Assembly: GCA_016187515.1 (NCBI GenBank)
Contig: JACPJN010000009.1
Coordinates: 68,891 to 132,890, forward strand
Direction of reading: 5' to 3'
Length of the DNA: 64,000 nt
From: Candidatus Uhrbacteria bacterium
Lineage (GTDB): Bacteria > Patescibacteriota > Patescibacteriia > GWA2-47-26
Both the position numbers and the translations under genes were made by a program. The notes under the pieces were generated by a model. That model did not search any database, had not been told where the DNA came from, and worked only from the letters and a program-made list of their open reading frames with translations. Below, in pieces: positions 18,101 through 26,357 of this stretch; within the stretch, counting starts at the first letter, position 1, and the number at the start of each line of letters is the position of its first letter.

Positions 18101-18937
18101 CTACGCGACAGGGAGTTCGCGGCAGTCCTCATCCTTACGCTTACGACGCGCGTTTAGCGAAACGACCGTAAGCAGCGGCGGCCAGCAAGCGGCCCAAAGC
18201 GCGCCCCTCCTCCTCTGCCCTTGGCGCATCGCGCAGTACATTGACATAATGCGCAAAAGACACGCCCGCGTCAGATATTCAATCTTATATTGCCCAACAC
18301 AGCCGTCCACAAACTCCTTAAACGCCGGGCGTTCATCTGCTGGCAAATGCACCAGAAAATTCTCCATCCTCTCCAGCGCTGGCGCGGAAATCCACTGCCG
18401 CACCGGCACATATCCTTCCCAACGCTCTTTCGGCGTCCGGCCATACACGGCCTGGTGAACTTGAAGCACGCGTCCGCCTTGGGGCACGCTGACATTCACT
18501 TCAAAGGCGGGGCCAAATTCTTCGCCCGCAAGCGCGCGGCCAAGCAGCGCGTAGAAAAGCGCGAGCAGAACGCATTCTTCGTACTCGCTTTGCGGAAACG
18601 GCGCTCCCAAGCGCGTGGTATAGCCGTTTTTCCCCGCGTACCATACCGCAAGCTCTACCAGGTCCGCCTCAATTTGCCGCGGCGTGAGCGGTTGGGAGCA
18701 ATCATGGTACAGGGAAGCGCGTAAAAACGATTGGCATCCCTTTTGCGACATATAATCCGTCATCTCGCGCATGGCGCTCCAGAGTGCAAACTGGGTAACT
18801 GGCGCAGGTAATTCCGGAGCCATCTCGCCAACATAGCGCTCCAGACCGCAGCGGCGCAAAACGCGCAAAGTCAAAGAACGAAAGAACTGCGGTCCGTAGA
18901 TACGGTACTGCGCGGCGTCTTTCAAACGACGGGACAT
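18101..18937 (-). CDS. hypothetical protein
   Basis: 278-aa ORF, no recognisable family; downstream of the receiver gene in the same orientation. Confidence 0.5.
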   Translation of the reverse strand: MSRRLKDAAQYRIYGPQFFRSLTLRVLRRCGLERYVGEMAPELPAPVTQFALWSAMREMTDYMSQKGCQSFLRASLYHDCSQPLTPRQIEADLVELAVWYAGKNGYTTRLGAPFPQSEYEECVLLALFYALLGRALAGEEFGPAFEVNVSVPQGGRVLQVHQAVYGRTPKERWEGYVPVRQWISAPALERMENFLVHLPADERPAFKEFVDGCVGQYKIEYLTRACLLRIMSMYCAMRQGQRRRGALWAACWPPLLTVVSLNARRKRKDEDCRELPVA

Positions 18938-18955
18938 GGTTTCCCTCTTTCTTGT

Positions 18956-19312
18956 TTAAGAAGACATCAGCAGTTGTGCGACAATTCCGCGGAGGCGTTC
19001 CGGGCCGGCGTTGAGCGTCGCGGATTTGTCCAGCGTCAAGTCCGCGCGGGAAAACGGCGGATCCGGATGGCCGGTCCAAAGAATGACGGGCAAACGCGGC
19101 CAGCGCTCTTTAATTCGTCCGGAAAACTCCGCTCCATTCATCCCGCCCATTTCCAAATCAGTAATCACGAGCGCAATCTCCGTTTGCTCAATACGCAGGA
19201 GCGCGACGCGCGCATCTTCCATGCCGACCACCTCATACAGATCGCCAAGCCACGCCCGCAAGGTCTTGATCCAATACAACTCGTCATCAACGCAAAGGAT
19301 GGTTTTTCGCAT
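18956..19312 (-). CDS. single-domain response regulator receiver protein (CheY-like)
   Basis: MRKTILCVDDELYWIK..., ALVITDLEMGGMNG and RLPVILWTGH receiver motifs; the track ORF extends to 19360. Confidence 0.7.
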   Translation of the reverse strand: MRKTILCVDDELYWIKTLRAWLGDLYEVVGMEDARVALLRIEQTEIALVITDLEMGGMNGAEFSGRIKERWPRLPVILWTGHPDPPFSRADLTLDKSATLNAGPERLRGIVAQLLMSS

Positions 19313-19417
19313 CAAGAGCACCTCCTGGAGTATTTCATCACAGACGCAACCGCCTGTCAACCGCGTAAATGAGAGGGTTGACGGGGATATAATTAGTTAG
19401 GCGATGTAATTTATTTT

Positions 19418-19708
19418 TTAAACTTTTTCCCGTTTTACGCCTGATGCGAAAACATTCAACTCTTGGTTATATTGCTCATTGGTCGCCCTGATTGTTGCGG
19501 ATCTTTTTTGGCCACGTCCGCTTTCGAGAAATGCTTTTAATCTCCTCGCGGTCGGCACATCAACCCAGTCTATTGTTATCGAGAGAGACGGCTCATTTCT
19601 TTGTGTCCTTAAAAAGTCCATAAATTCAAAGGTGTCCATACTTAAAAACTCGGAGCTAATATCTTTTGGAACCGGCTCATGTTCAATCTTGGAGTTGAAT
19701 GTTTCCAT
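19418..19708 (-). CDS. hypothetical small protein
   Basis: 96-aa ORF upstream of the receiver gene, same strand; no family recognised. Confidence 0.4.
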   Translation of the reverse strand: METFNSKIEHEPVPKDISSEFLSMDTFEFMDFLRTQRNEPSLSITIDWVDVPTARRLKAFLESGRGQKRSATIRATNEQYNQELNVFASGVKREKV

Positions 19709-19845
19709 AGTGTTAAAAGTTAAAAAAATAAATTATTTCCGATAACGGGCGGCGCGTATGCGAAGTCCCGACGGAATGTAGTGAAGTCGGGATTTGGGCA
19801 GGCACAGCGAAATGGCGGTGCAATTTCTGCTGTGGATAGGTGGAC

Positions 19846-19972
19846 TTGACAGTTATCAGGAGTTGTGTTAGTATATGATTGGGTATCAACCGGTCGCTCG
19901 TTCAGTATCAATTGAGCGAGCCCAACCTTTCAAAAGGGCGCTGTCTGTAACAGGACGCGCTTTTTTGATATA
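19846..19972 (+). promoter_or_regulatory. near-consensus sigma-70 promoter (TTGACA-N17-TAGTAT) driving a structured transcript of about 80 nt that ends in an intrinsic terminator (candidate small RNA or tRNA leader)
   Basis: CTTGACAGTTATCAGGAGTTGTGTTAGTATATG; downstream hairpin CGCTCGTTCAGTATCAATTGAGCGAG and terminator GGGCGCTGTCTGTAACAGGACGCGCTTTTTTG just upstream of tRNA-Ile. Confidence 0.5.
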
Positions 19973-19991
19973 CTGGGTGCGTGGACTTTGA

Positions 19992-20064
19992 GGGCCCGTA
20001 GCCCAATTGGCAGAGTGCTCGGTTGATACCCGAGAGGTTGGGGGTTCGATGCCCCTCGGGTCCA
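19992..20064 (+). tRNA. tRNA-Ile (anticodon GAU)
   Basis: Cloverleaf: acceptor GGGCCCG/CGGGTCC, D-loop with A14 and G18G19, anticodon stem CTCGG/CCGAG with loop TTGATAC, T-arm GGGGG-TTCGATG-CCCCT, discriminator A; CCA not encoded; the D-stem has one mismatch. Confidence 0.65.
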
Positions 20065-20171
20065 CATCAAAGACCATCTCATAACGAGGTGGTTTTTGAT
20101 TATCAAGGAAATTGCATCGCCGATCATTTTATTTTGTGTAGCCGCATACGCCGTGCTCGTATAATCAAAGC

Positions 20172-20200
20172 ATACCATTTCTGGTATGCTTTTGAGAAGT
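20172..20200 (+). terminator. intrinsic terminator after the tRNA
   Basis: GCATACCATTTCTGGTATGC hairpin followed by TTTTG. Confidence 0.55.
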
Positions 20201-20287
20201 GAGAACCACCCCTGCCGTGTTGGGGTTTTATCCCCATCGCAAAGCGCGCGGCCTTCTTTCGCCGCCTTTCGCCGCCTATTAAATTCG

Positions 20288-20325
20288 GACGAAACTAACA
20301 TACTGTACAGTATGTTAGTTTCGTC
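20288..20325. repeat. perfect 38-bp palindrome GACGAAACTAACATACTGTACAGTATGTTAGTTTCGTC
   Basis: 18-bp perfect arms around a central TA, read directly; about 220 bp downstream of tRNA-Ile. Confidence 0.85.
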
Positions 20326-20346
20326 TTCAACCGATATATAAGGGCT

Positions 20347-20455
20347 CTTTTCAATTTTTTCGTCCTTCGAGACCGTTGCAAAACTCCCTTTTTGTCATCC
20401 CCGCCTGCCTACCGCAGGCAGGCGAACGCGGGGATCCAGAAATCCTAATGGAGAA
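20347..20455. mobile_element. partial copy (left half) of the GAGACCGTTGCAAAACTC-TIR foldback element
   Basis: GAGACCGTTGCAAAACTCCCTTTTTGTCATCCCCGC[CTGCCTACCGCAGGCAGG]CGAACGCGGGGATCCAGAAATC matches the left arm of the 26184..26312 element with a 20-bp palindromic insert. Confidence 0.6.
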
Positions 20456-20525
20456 TATTAAAAACCACCCTGACCGCGATCAGGGTGGGGCATGCGGCGG
20501 ACTCCATGGGGAAGGGCGCCGCACG

Positions 20526-21257
20526 TTACTCTTCCTCCTCCGCTTCGTCTTCCTCTTTTTCCGGATCAGGCCGCCAGGCGCCGCACTGACCTTCTTCGTC
20601 AAAAAGGTCGCTGCAGAATCCGTAGAGAAAACCGCGAATCCGCTGCCAGGTTTCACTCGGCGAAGTTACGAACTCGGAAGGGTTCTCGCTGCACCGCTGC
20701 ACCACTTCCCGCGTTGCGTCCTCCACGCACTCCAAAGTACAGTACGGATCCTCTTCAAAATTGAACCCATCGGTGAGCGCGGCAGGAAGCGCCTGGTAAT
20801 AGAGTACCTGCACGCACAGCACGGCCCCGGGTACGCGTTCAACTTCTGCCTCTGCGACGTGGCCCAGAATTGCGCCCTCATCCATAAGCGCCGAGAGTTC
20901 TTGCTCCACGGATTCAAGTGATCCCTGCAGTTCTGCTGGTGAGACCACGAGCGGCGAGCTTAGGAGACCCAGTTCCGCTTGCGCAAACCCCCGCATGGCG
21001 CCCAGTCGTCTCGCGCCGCGCTCGGAAAGCGTCTGCGGAAGCACCGCGTCCTCCTCAACGCGCCGCGCGCCGTTTTCCACGAGTCCGCACTGTTCAAAAG
21101 ACGGCACCTCGCCTCCTTGGCCGCGCATCGCGGTTTCAAGCACGCGCGCCGCTTCCTTGGTTTTCTCGTAGCGCCGCGTGAGCGCCTGCGCGTTATCTTC
21201 ATCGCGCTGCGCACAACCCATGGCGCAGATCATGAGCATTATGATTGGGCGTTTCAT
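20526..21257 (-). CDS. putative lipoprotein with an acidic C-terminal tail
   Basis: MKRPIIMLMICAMGCAQ signal peptide with lipobox (AMGC); C-terminus EKEEDEAEEEE; the track ORF extends upstream to 21377. Confidence 0.55.
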   Translation of the reverse strand: MKRPIIMLMICAMGCAQRDEDNAQALTRRYEKTKEAARVLETAMRGQGGEVPSFEQCGLVENGARRVEEDAVLPQTLSERGARRLGAMRGFAQAELGLLSSPLVVSPAELQGSLESVEQELSALMDEGAILGHVAEAEVERVPGAVLCVQVLYYQALPAALTDGFNFEEDPYCTLECVEDATREVVQRCSENPSEFVTSPSETWQRIRGFLYGFCSDLFDEEGQCGAWRPDPEKEEDEAEEEE

Positions 21258-21343
21258 GATGTCCTCCGTGTGGAAAGAAATAGCCGGTGGCACGAAATCG
21301 TCTCGCACCACCGACCTTGAGTTGTTTCCTCTCTCCTTCCGCT

Positions 21344-22294
21344 CTACTGGTAATAGCCCGCCGAGCGGAAGAAACACGCGATGTTCAGGTGCGTCTGCGA
21401 CCGCGCGATGTCGGCCGCGTCAATCGGCGTGCAGGGCTCGGTCAAGTGCCGCCCTTGGCGCGCGAGCACCTCGTCCGGCCCGGCCTCCAGGAACCACTGG
21501 GATTCGTAGAAGCACCAGCCCACGGTCGGAACCACCGCGGACTGCATGCAGGCCGCGCGGCAAAGATACACTGCCGGATCGTCCGCATCGTTCATGTACT
21601 GGAGCGCCGCGGGCGCGGAGCGGAACGCGACCTCCTGCATGCACAGGATCGCGCCCTGCAGGTTGTGCACCGTGCGCCCCACGGCCTCGGCCGCGCCGGC
21701 GATGCCGTCAATGATGCGCGAAACCCCTTCCATGATTCCGGTCGCGAGATCGTCCGGGGTCTCGATGTTGATGACGCTGCCTTCCACTCCGCCTCCGGCG
21801 CCTTCTCCGTAGCGGCGACCCATCCGACGGACGGTCTCCTCTTCGACCTCCCGCGCCATCCGCCGATCCGAGGCCTCCTGGAGCGTCCGAGGCGGCGGCA
21901 TGGGCGGAGGCGTAAACGGCTCGCCGAGCGCCGTGAGTTCGCGCTCGGTGTAGCGCTCGATCCGCTCGAGCTGTTCCTGCGCCTCTTGCGGCAAGTTCGG
22001 CGTGATGCCGAGCTCCCGCGGCTTGGTCGCGCCGCTCCAGGCGTACTGGAGCGTCACAACCGACGGAACCGGAACGTTTTCCGTTCCTTCGGCCTCGACG
22101 ATGCCGCCGACCTCCGCGACCGAGCTGCGCACCATCCGCGACCGCTCGATCGCGGCGATCGCGATCTCGCCCTCCAGCGCGGCCAGGAGCTCGGCCTTGG
22201 TCGGCCCTTCCTGCTGCGGCTCGCTGCCGCAGGCGGCAAGCAAAAGGTTGCTTCCGCAACAAACGGCCAGAAGAATGTTCTTGATCCACTGCAT
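21344..22294 (-). CDS. putative lipoprotein
   Basis: MQWIKNILLAVCCGSNLLLAACGS signal peptide with lipobox (LAAC); no family recognised. Confidence 0.55.
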   Translation of the reverse strand: MQWIKNILLAVCCGSNLLLAACGSEPQQEGPTKAELLAALEGEIAIAAIERSRMVRSSVAEVGGIVEAEGTENVPVPSVVTLQYAWSGATKPRELGITPNLPQEAQEQLERIERYTERELTALGEPFTPPPMPPPRTLQEASDRRMAREVEEETVRRMGRRYGEGAGGGVEGSVINIETPDDLATGIMEGVSRIIDGIAGAAEAVGRTVHNLQGAILCMQEVAFRSAPAALQYMNDADDPAVYLCRAACMQSAVVPTVGWCFYESQWFLEAGPDEVLARQGRHLTEPCTPIDAADIARSQTHLNIACFFRSAGYYQ

Positions 22295-22438
22295 GACTCT
22301 TTGCCTCCTTGTCCCCACTTACGTGGCGGACGGTTGTTGTTTCTTAAGTCAAAGAACGATTTTCTACCGCTATCGTCTCATGCCGGTCTGGCGACAAATA
22401 GAGACGCGCGACGACAGGCAATGACAGCTTCGTGAAAA

Positions 22439-23170
22439 CTATGGACACGCCCCGTCGTCGCAGAGAACGGCGCCGCACTCTTCGGCCATACTAATCGCGT
22501 TTCCGCAGGAATCAACATCCCAGACATCGCCGTATCGGCAATCGCGCCACGCGGTCGGTACGCACACGCTTGTGACCGCCGGACTTGAAAAACAGCTTGA
22601 ATCCGGCGGACAATTTGCCCGCGAACCGCACGGCCCGCTGCACCACGAAATTGCCATATTCGTAGTCCAGACCAGACAACGCGGCGCTTCCGGGGGACAA
22701 TCGTCATCGTTGCCGCACGGACTGCACACCGGCGCAACACCTTCCACCACGCACTCAAATTCGCGCTCATCAGCGCTTACCGTACACACGGTCCCGGGCG
22801 GGCACACGAACCCGAGATCCTGCCACACGCTCACGCAGTCCTCCGGCTCGCCCATACGCGGCCCGCAAATCAGCGGCGTTTGTCCATCAGCGGCGCACAT
22901 AAAACTCTTCAGCGCCGGACACTCGCTTGGTCCGCATCCTGGTGGTAAGAGCGACGGTCCATCCTCACGCTCTTCCTCCGCGTTTCCCGCGCCGCCATCG
23001 GCGGCTTGGTGCGCGGTACTGTCCCCGCCGTCGTCGTACGCGCTGGGCGCCGCCCACTCCTCTCCTTCCACAGGTTCGGTCGGCTGTTCAACCACGACGA
23101 TCTTTACTTCGTCGCCGCATGATGAAAAGCAAATCACGACACATATATGAAAAACCCTAACTTGCGCCAT
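22439..23170 (-). CDS. Cys-rich secreted putative lipoprotein
   Basis: MAQVRVFHICVVICFSSCG with lipobox (FSSC); more than 25 Cys in about 240 aa; CTTTGACAAA motif about 25 nt upstream of the start. Confidence 0.55.
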   Translation of the reverse strand: MAQVRVFHICVVICFSSCGDEVKIVVVEQPTEPVEGEEWAAPSAYDDGGDSTAHQAADGGAGNAEEEREDGPSLLPPGCGPSECPALKSFMCAADGQTPLICGPRMGEPEDCVSVWQDLGFVCPPGTVCTVSADEREFECVVEGVAPVCSPCGNDDDCPPEAPRCLVWTTNMAISWCSGPCGSRANCPPDSSCFSSPAVTSVCVPTAWRDCRYGDVWDVDSCGNAISMAEECGAVLCDDGACP

Positions 23171-23361
23171 GGCGGTTTCTCCTTTTGATATTTTTGTCAA
23201 AGAGCCATTCCCTGTTCTCATCATCCCGCTCCCCTGTCCTGACAACTAGAGAAACGTAACGACGCAAAAGTCTACACACTGAAAACATCCCTGAAAAACA
23301 AAAAAAGGTCCGCGCGCCCGGCGTGGCCGCGGTTTCATGGACTAGTCCATGAAACCGGCTG

Positions 23362-23400
23362 CATAAAAAAACGACCCGTCCCTGAGGAACGGATCGGACA
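23362..23400 (-). terminator. conserved terminator cassette (minus strand CCGATCCGTTCCTCAGGGACGGGTCGTTTTTTT)
   Basis: One of at least 5 near-identical copies of AAAAACGACCCGCCCCGTGGAGCGGATCGG (plus-strand reading); GC hairpin plus T-run when read on the minus strand, directly 3' of a minus-strand gene. Confidence 0.7.
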
Positions 23401-23512
23401 AAAGGAACAGCGGACTACGTACGTTATCCTCCCATAGTACTCCCATCATGGACGCAATCGCGCTTTGTGGTGCAGCGGGTGCAGACCACGCGGCCCTCGC
23501 CAAAGATTCGGT

Positions 23513-23938
23513 TCAGGCATACTGTCGTCCTCCTTGACGTACTGCGTCTGCAGCGCGTTCAAGTAACCTGCGCACACCCTCCGGATACCACGGCCTCCAT
23601 AGGTAGGTATATACACCCTCTACCATTATCCCGCTTGGCCACTGTTGGAAAAGCTCGCCGGTGACCGGGCCCTCGTAGTAAGCGAGCGACAAGATTCCCA
23701 GCAGTCCGGGATGCCGCCGGAAAAAGTGCAGCGCCGGATCAAGATCGCTCCGCTGCTGAACGCCCCGTACATCCACCACCGCAATCGGTATTGGCCTGCG
23801 CGTAAGCGCTGCTGCGGCGGCTTCCAGATCATTGGCAATAATGATCTCGTAGGCAACTTGTGTTGCGCCAAGCACGCGCAGGAATTCTTGACCGTGCCGC
23901 TCTGACGCTACCAGTAGAACACAAAGCTTATCCTCCAT
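23513..23938 (-). CDS. receiver-like (possibly degenerate, pseudo-receiver) domain protein
   Basis: MEDKLCVLLVASERHG...IAVVDVRG resembles a CheY-like fold but the conserved acidic pocket is only partly present. Confidence 0.45.
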   Translation of the reverse strand: MEDKLCVLLVASERHGQEFLRVLGATQVAYEIIIANDLEAAAAALTRRPIPIAVVDVRGVQQRSDLDPALHFFRRHPGLLGILSLAYYEGPVTGELFQQWPSGIMVEGVYTYLWRPWYPEGVRRLLERAADAVRQGGRQYA

Positions 23939-23983
23939 GTCAAAGTCCTCCTCATCTTTAGTACACCATAATCCGCACTTCTG

Positions 23984-24118
23984 TGTCAACCCCGCGCCTT
24001 AAGAAGGACAGGTACGGTGTGTCTTGGTGTCCTTCAGAGATAAGTCCATGCCTTTTTTAGAGAGATATTCTAAACGGCGCGTAGCGCCGAGGTTCTCTTA
24101 AGGCGCGGGGTCAACCCC
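23984..24118. repeat. foldback element with 19-bp inverted termini GTCAACCCCGCGCCTTAAGAA / TTCTTAAGGCGCGGGGTCAAC
   Basis: Inverted repeats read directly, flanking about 95 bp with no ORF; intergenic. Confidence 0.6.
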
Positions 24119-24137
24119 TCAAAAATCTTTCAGCAAA

Positions 24138-24166
24138 ATAAGGTCCGGCCGGACCTTATTTTGTTA
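24138..24166. terminator. bidirectional terminator-like perfect palindrome AAATAAGGTCCGGCCGGACCTTATTTT
   Basis: GGTCCGGCCGGACC hairpin flanked by A/T runs, immediately 3' of the 24245..24877 gene. Confidence 0.65.
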
Positions 24167-24244
24167 TGGGAGAAAAATTTTCGTGCAACAAAAAAAGACC
24201 CACTGAAGAGTGGATCTTGCCAGAAGAACAAGCCGGGCGCTGCT

Positions 24245-24877
24245 CTACCCGCAATCCATGACTCCGTAGGTGTACTCCTCCGCCAGCGCCGCTGCGGACT
24301 GCGTCAGACACATGCCGGCATCCACTCCGGGAATCGCGCAGCAAACCGGTTCGGTGGAAACGCAATCCGCCCCGCCGTGACAGGCGCGGGCAGTGATCTC
24401 CAGTCGGCGGGCGGCCAGGTCCGGATCAAACGCGAAGTTGCACGACTCTCGACACTCCAGCCCGACGCTGTCAATCCCGGCCGTGGCCATGGCCGCATCA
24501 ATCTCGAAAACGACTTCCGCGCAGCAGATGTGCCCGCCGCAATCCTCCGGCCCGTCGCACTGCAGGCCAACACCCTCACACCCCTTTTCAATCGGCACGC
24601 AGATTGCGCCGGTCAGCGCAAGGCAGCACTCCTCGCGGTCAACCCAGCACGGTTGCGGCCCGCAGGCAATTTCTTGAGCGGCCCCGTCAGGCGAGGCGCG
24701 GCTTACCGCGTCAACCACCATGGCATCGCGCGGCAGTGCGTCAGGCGCGGCCGAATCCGGCGTCGCCGCGCCAACCTTGCCGTCCGAAAGACCCGCCGGC
24801 GCCGGGCGGTCAGCGCTGCAACCGGCCAGCAGCGCGCCGGCGGCTGCAAAAATTCCGTGATAAAAGGAACAGCGCAT
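24245..24877 (-). CDS. Cys-rich secreted putative lipoprotein
   Basis: MRCSFYHGIFAAAGALLAGCS with lipobox (LAGC); about 24 Cys in 190 aa. Confidence 0.55.
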   Translation of the reverse strand: MRCSFYHGIFAAAGALLAGCSADRPAPAGLSDGKVGAATPDSAAPDALPRDAMVVDAVSRASPDGAAQEIACGPQPCWVDREECCLALTGAICVPIEKGCEGVGLQCDGPEDCGGHICCAEVVFEIDAAMATAGIDSVGLECRESCNFAFDPDLAARRLEITARACHGGADCVSTEPVCCAIPGVDAGMCLTQSAAALAEEYTYGVMDCG

Positions 24878-25014
24878 GATCTCCTCCTTGCCCGGTTGAT
24901 TAGGGCTATCTTCAGCATAGTGTTTTTGCGGATGTTTGTCAACCTATTATTAAAAAAGATCCGCGCGTGCGGATCTGAAAAAGACGCTCCAAGGAACAAC
25001 GGCTCCGGCCCGGT

Positions 25015-25866
25015 CTAGCCATCCAGGCCATGCCAGCGTGCGCACCAAATACAATCGTCCATGCCATCACACTCGCTGGATTCTGCGGCGCTTGGCGAGC
25101 CGATCGGACCGTCTGGCGCGCGTGGCGGATCTTCCGCCTCGTCTCCGCAAGCGCGACATACGCCAATCTTATATCGGAAATAATGTCCGGCGCCATCTTC
25201 CCCAGCGTAGGTCTCCTCAACAATCTCACGTTCCTCAACTGGCCCAAGATGACTGCCGGCTGAACAAGACGCGCCGGCCGTTTGCGCTGGCGGCGTGATT
25301 TCCGCGATTCTTTCGGCGGGCAACGCCGTAATTTCTCGTCCAAGCGCCGCCGTGGACAGTCCGGGCGCAGACAGAGCCGCGGTGCTGTACACGGCAGCGG
25401 CCGCCTTATCTTGGTCGCGCCTTGCTGCCGCACATGCTTGTTCAAGGGCAGCAATAAACCGTGGAAGATACGTTGGCGCGATGTGGAAGATGCCCCGCCA
25501 CTCTGGACTAAATTCCAACTCCCCAGCGCCGTAGTACGCGCAAATGGTTCCGGCCGGCAACGGAAGCGCAATACTGCGCATGTCGGAATTATCCGCGGAC
25601 AGGATTTGACGCAAGTTTGCCAGCAGTTTATGCGCCTGCGGCCGCGCCAGCGCCAGTTTTGCCGAGGAAGGCGTGGGCTTCAGCGCCAGCGCCTGGGAAA
25701 ACCAGGTGATGACAACCTGATATACCTGAGCGCATTCCACTTCGCTTTTACGCAAAGCAGTGCAGGTGATGCGCGCATTGATATGCGGCCCCACCTCAAT
25801 TTCTTCTTGAAAAACCGTGATCAGCGCTGTCTCAGTCATGTGCATTTCTCCTTCTTGGTGATTCAC
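25015..25866 (-). CDS. hypothetical protein
   Basis: 283-aa ORF, no family recognised. Confidence 0.45.
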   Translation of the reverse strand: MNHQEGEMHMTETALITVFQEEIEVGPHINARITCTALRKSEVECAQVYQVVITWFSQALALKPTPSSAKLALARPQAHKLLANLRQILSADNSDMRSIALPLPAGTICAYYGAGELEFSPEWRGIFHIAPTYLPRFIAALEQACAAARRDQDKAAAAVYSTAALSAPGLSTAALGREITALPAERIAEITPPAQTAGASCSAGSHLGPVEEREIVEETYAGEDGAGHYFRYKIGVCRACGDEAEDPPRAPDGPIGSPSAAESSECDGMDDCIWCARWHGLDG

Positions 25867-25900
25867 TTGTCAACGAACACTTTATACCATCCCCGGCACC

Positions 25901-26119
25901 TTATGGTTCCTCCATCGCGCGCGTCTTAGTGAGGAAACACCCTCGACACTCGCAATACGGGTCATCGGAATCATGACCGACTGGCGGATCCGGCGGATAA
26001 GGGGTTCCACAGTGGTCGCACCGACGGCGATGGCCCATCGCCACTGTTCCCTCGCACATGTACGCACCGCACGTGCACTGCGTAAAACGGCCCTCTTGCC
26101 TGCACTTCGGACATTTCAT
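25901..26119 (-). CDS. small zinc-ribbon protein (MKCPKCRQ...CDHCGTPY...CECRGC)
   Basis: 72 aa with four CxxC pairs; the track ORF extends to 26203. Confidence 0.5.
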   Translation of the reverse strand: MKCPKCRQEGRFTQCTCGAYMCEGTVAMGHRRRCDHCGTPYPPDPPVGHDSDDPYCECRGCFLTKTRAMEEP

Positions 26120-26183
26120 GGTTTTTCTCCTTACTCCATCTATAGCATGCCCCTGATCCACGTTTGCGTCAAGGGCGACAAAA

Positions 26184-26312
26184 GAGACCGTTGCAAAACT
26201 CAATTTTTGTCATCCCCGCGAACGCGGGGATCCAGAAATTCCAGTGAATCGTAGATTCCCGCTTCCGCGGGAATGACAGAGGAGGGCAATTTAAGAGTTT
26301 TGCAACGGTCTC
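26184..26312. mobile_element. MITE-like foldback element with perfect 18-bp TIR GAGACCGTTGCAAAACTC
   Basis: Left TIR at 26184-26201 and right TIR GAGTTTTGCAACGGTCTC at 26295-26312; internal hairpins GTCATCCCCGCGAACGCGGGGAT and ATTCCCGCTTCCGCGGGAAT superficially resemble CRISPR repeats, but there is no array. Confidence 0.75.
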
Positions 26313-26345
26313 ACAAAAAACGACCCGCCCCGTGGAGCGGATCGG
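26312..26345 (-). terminator. conserved terminator cassette copy
   Basis: AAAAACGACCCGCCCCGTGGAGCGGATCGGGCC directly 3' of the 26358..27422 gene. Confidence 0.7.
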
Positions 26346-26357
26346 GCCAAAGAACAA

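Noticed and set aside
26205-26280. CRISPR-like repeats GTCATCCCCGCGAACGCGGGGAT / ATTCCCGCTTCCGCGGGAAT
   Set aside because: Only two units, in inverted orientation inside a TIR-bounded foldback. There are no regularly spaced direct repeats or spacers and no cas genes in the window, so it is not a CRISPR array.
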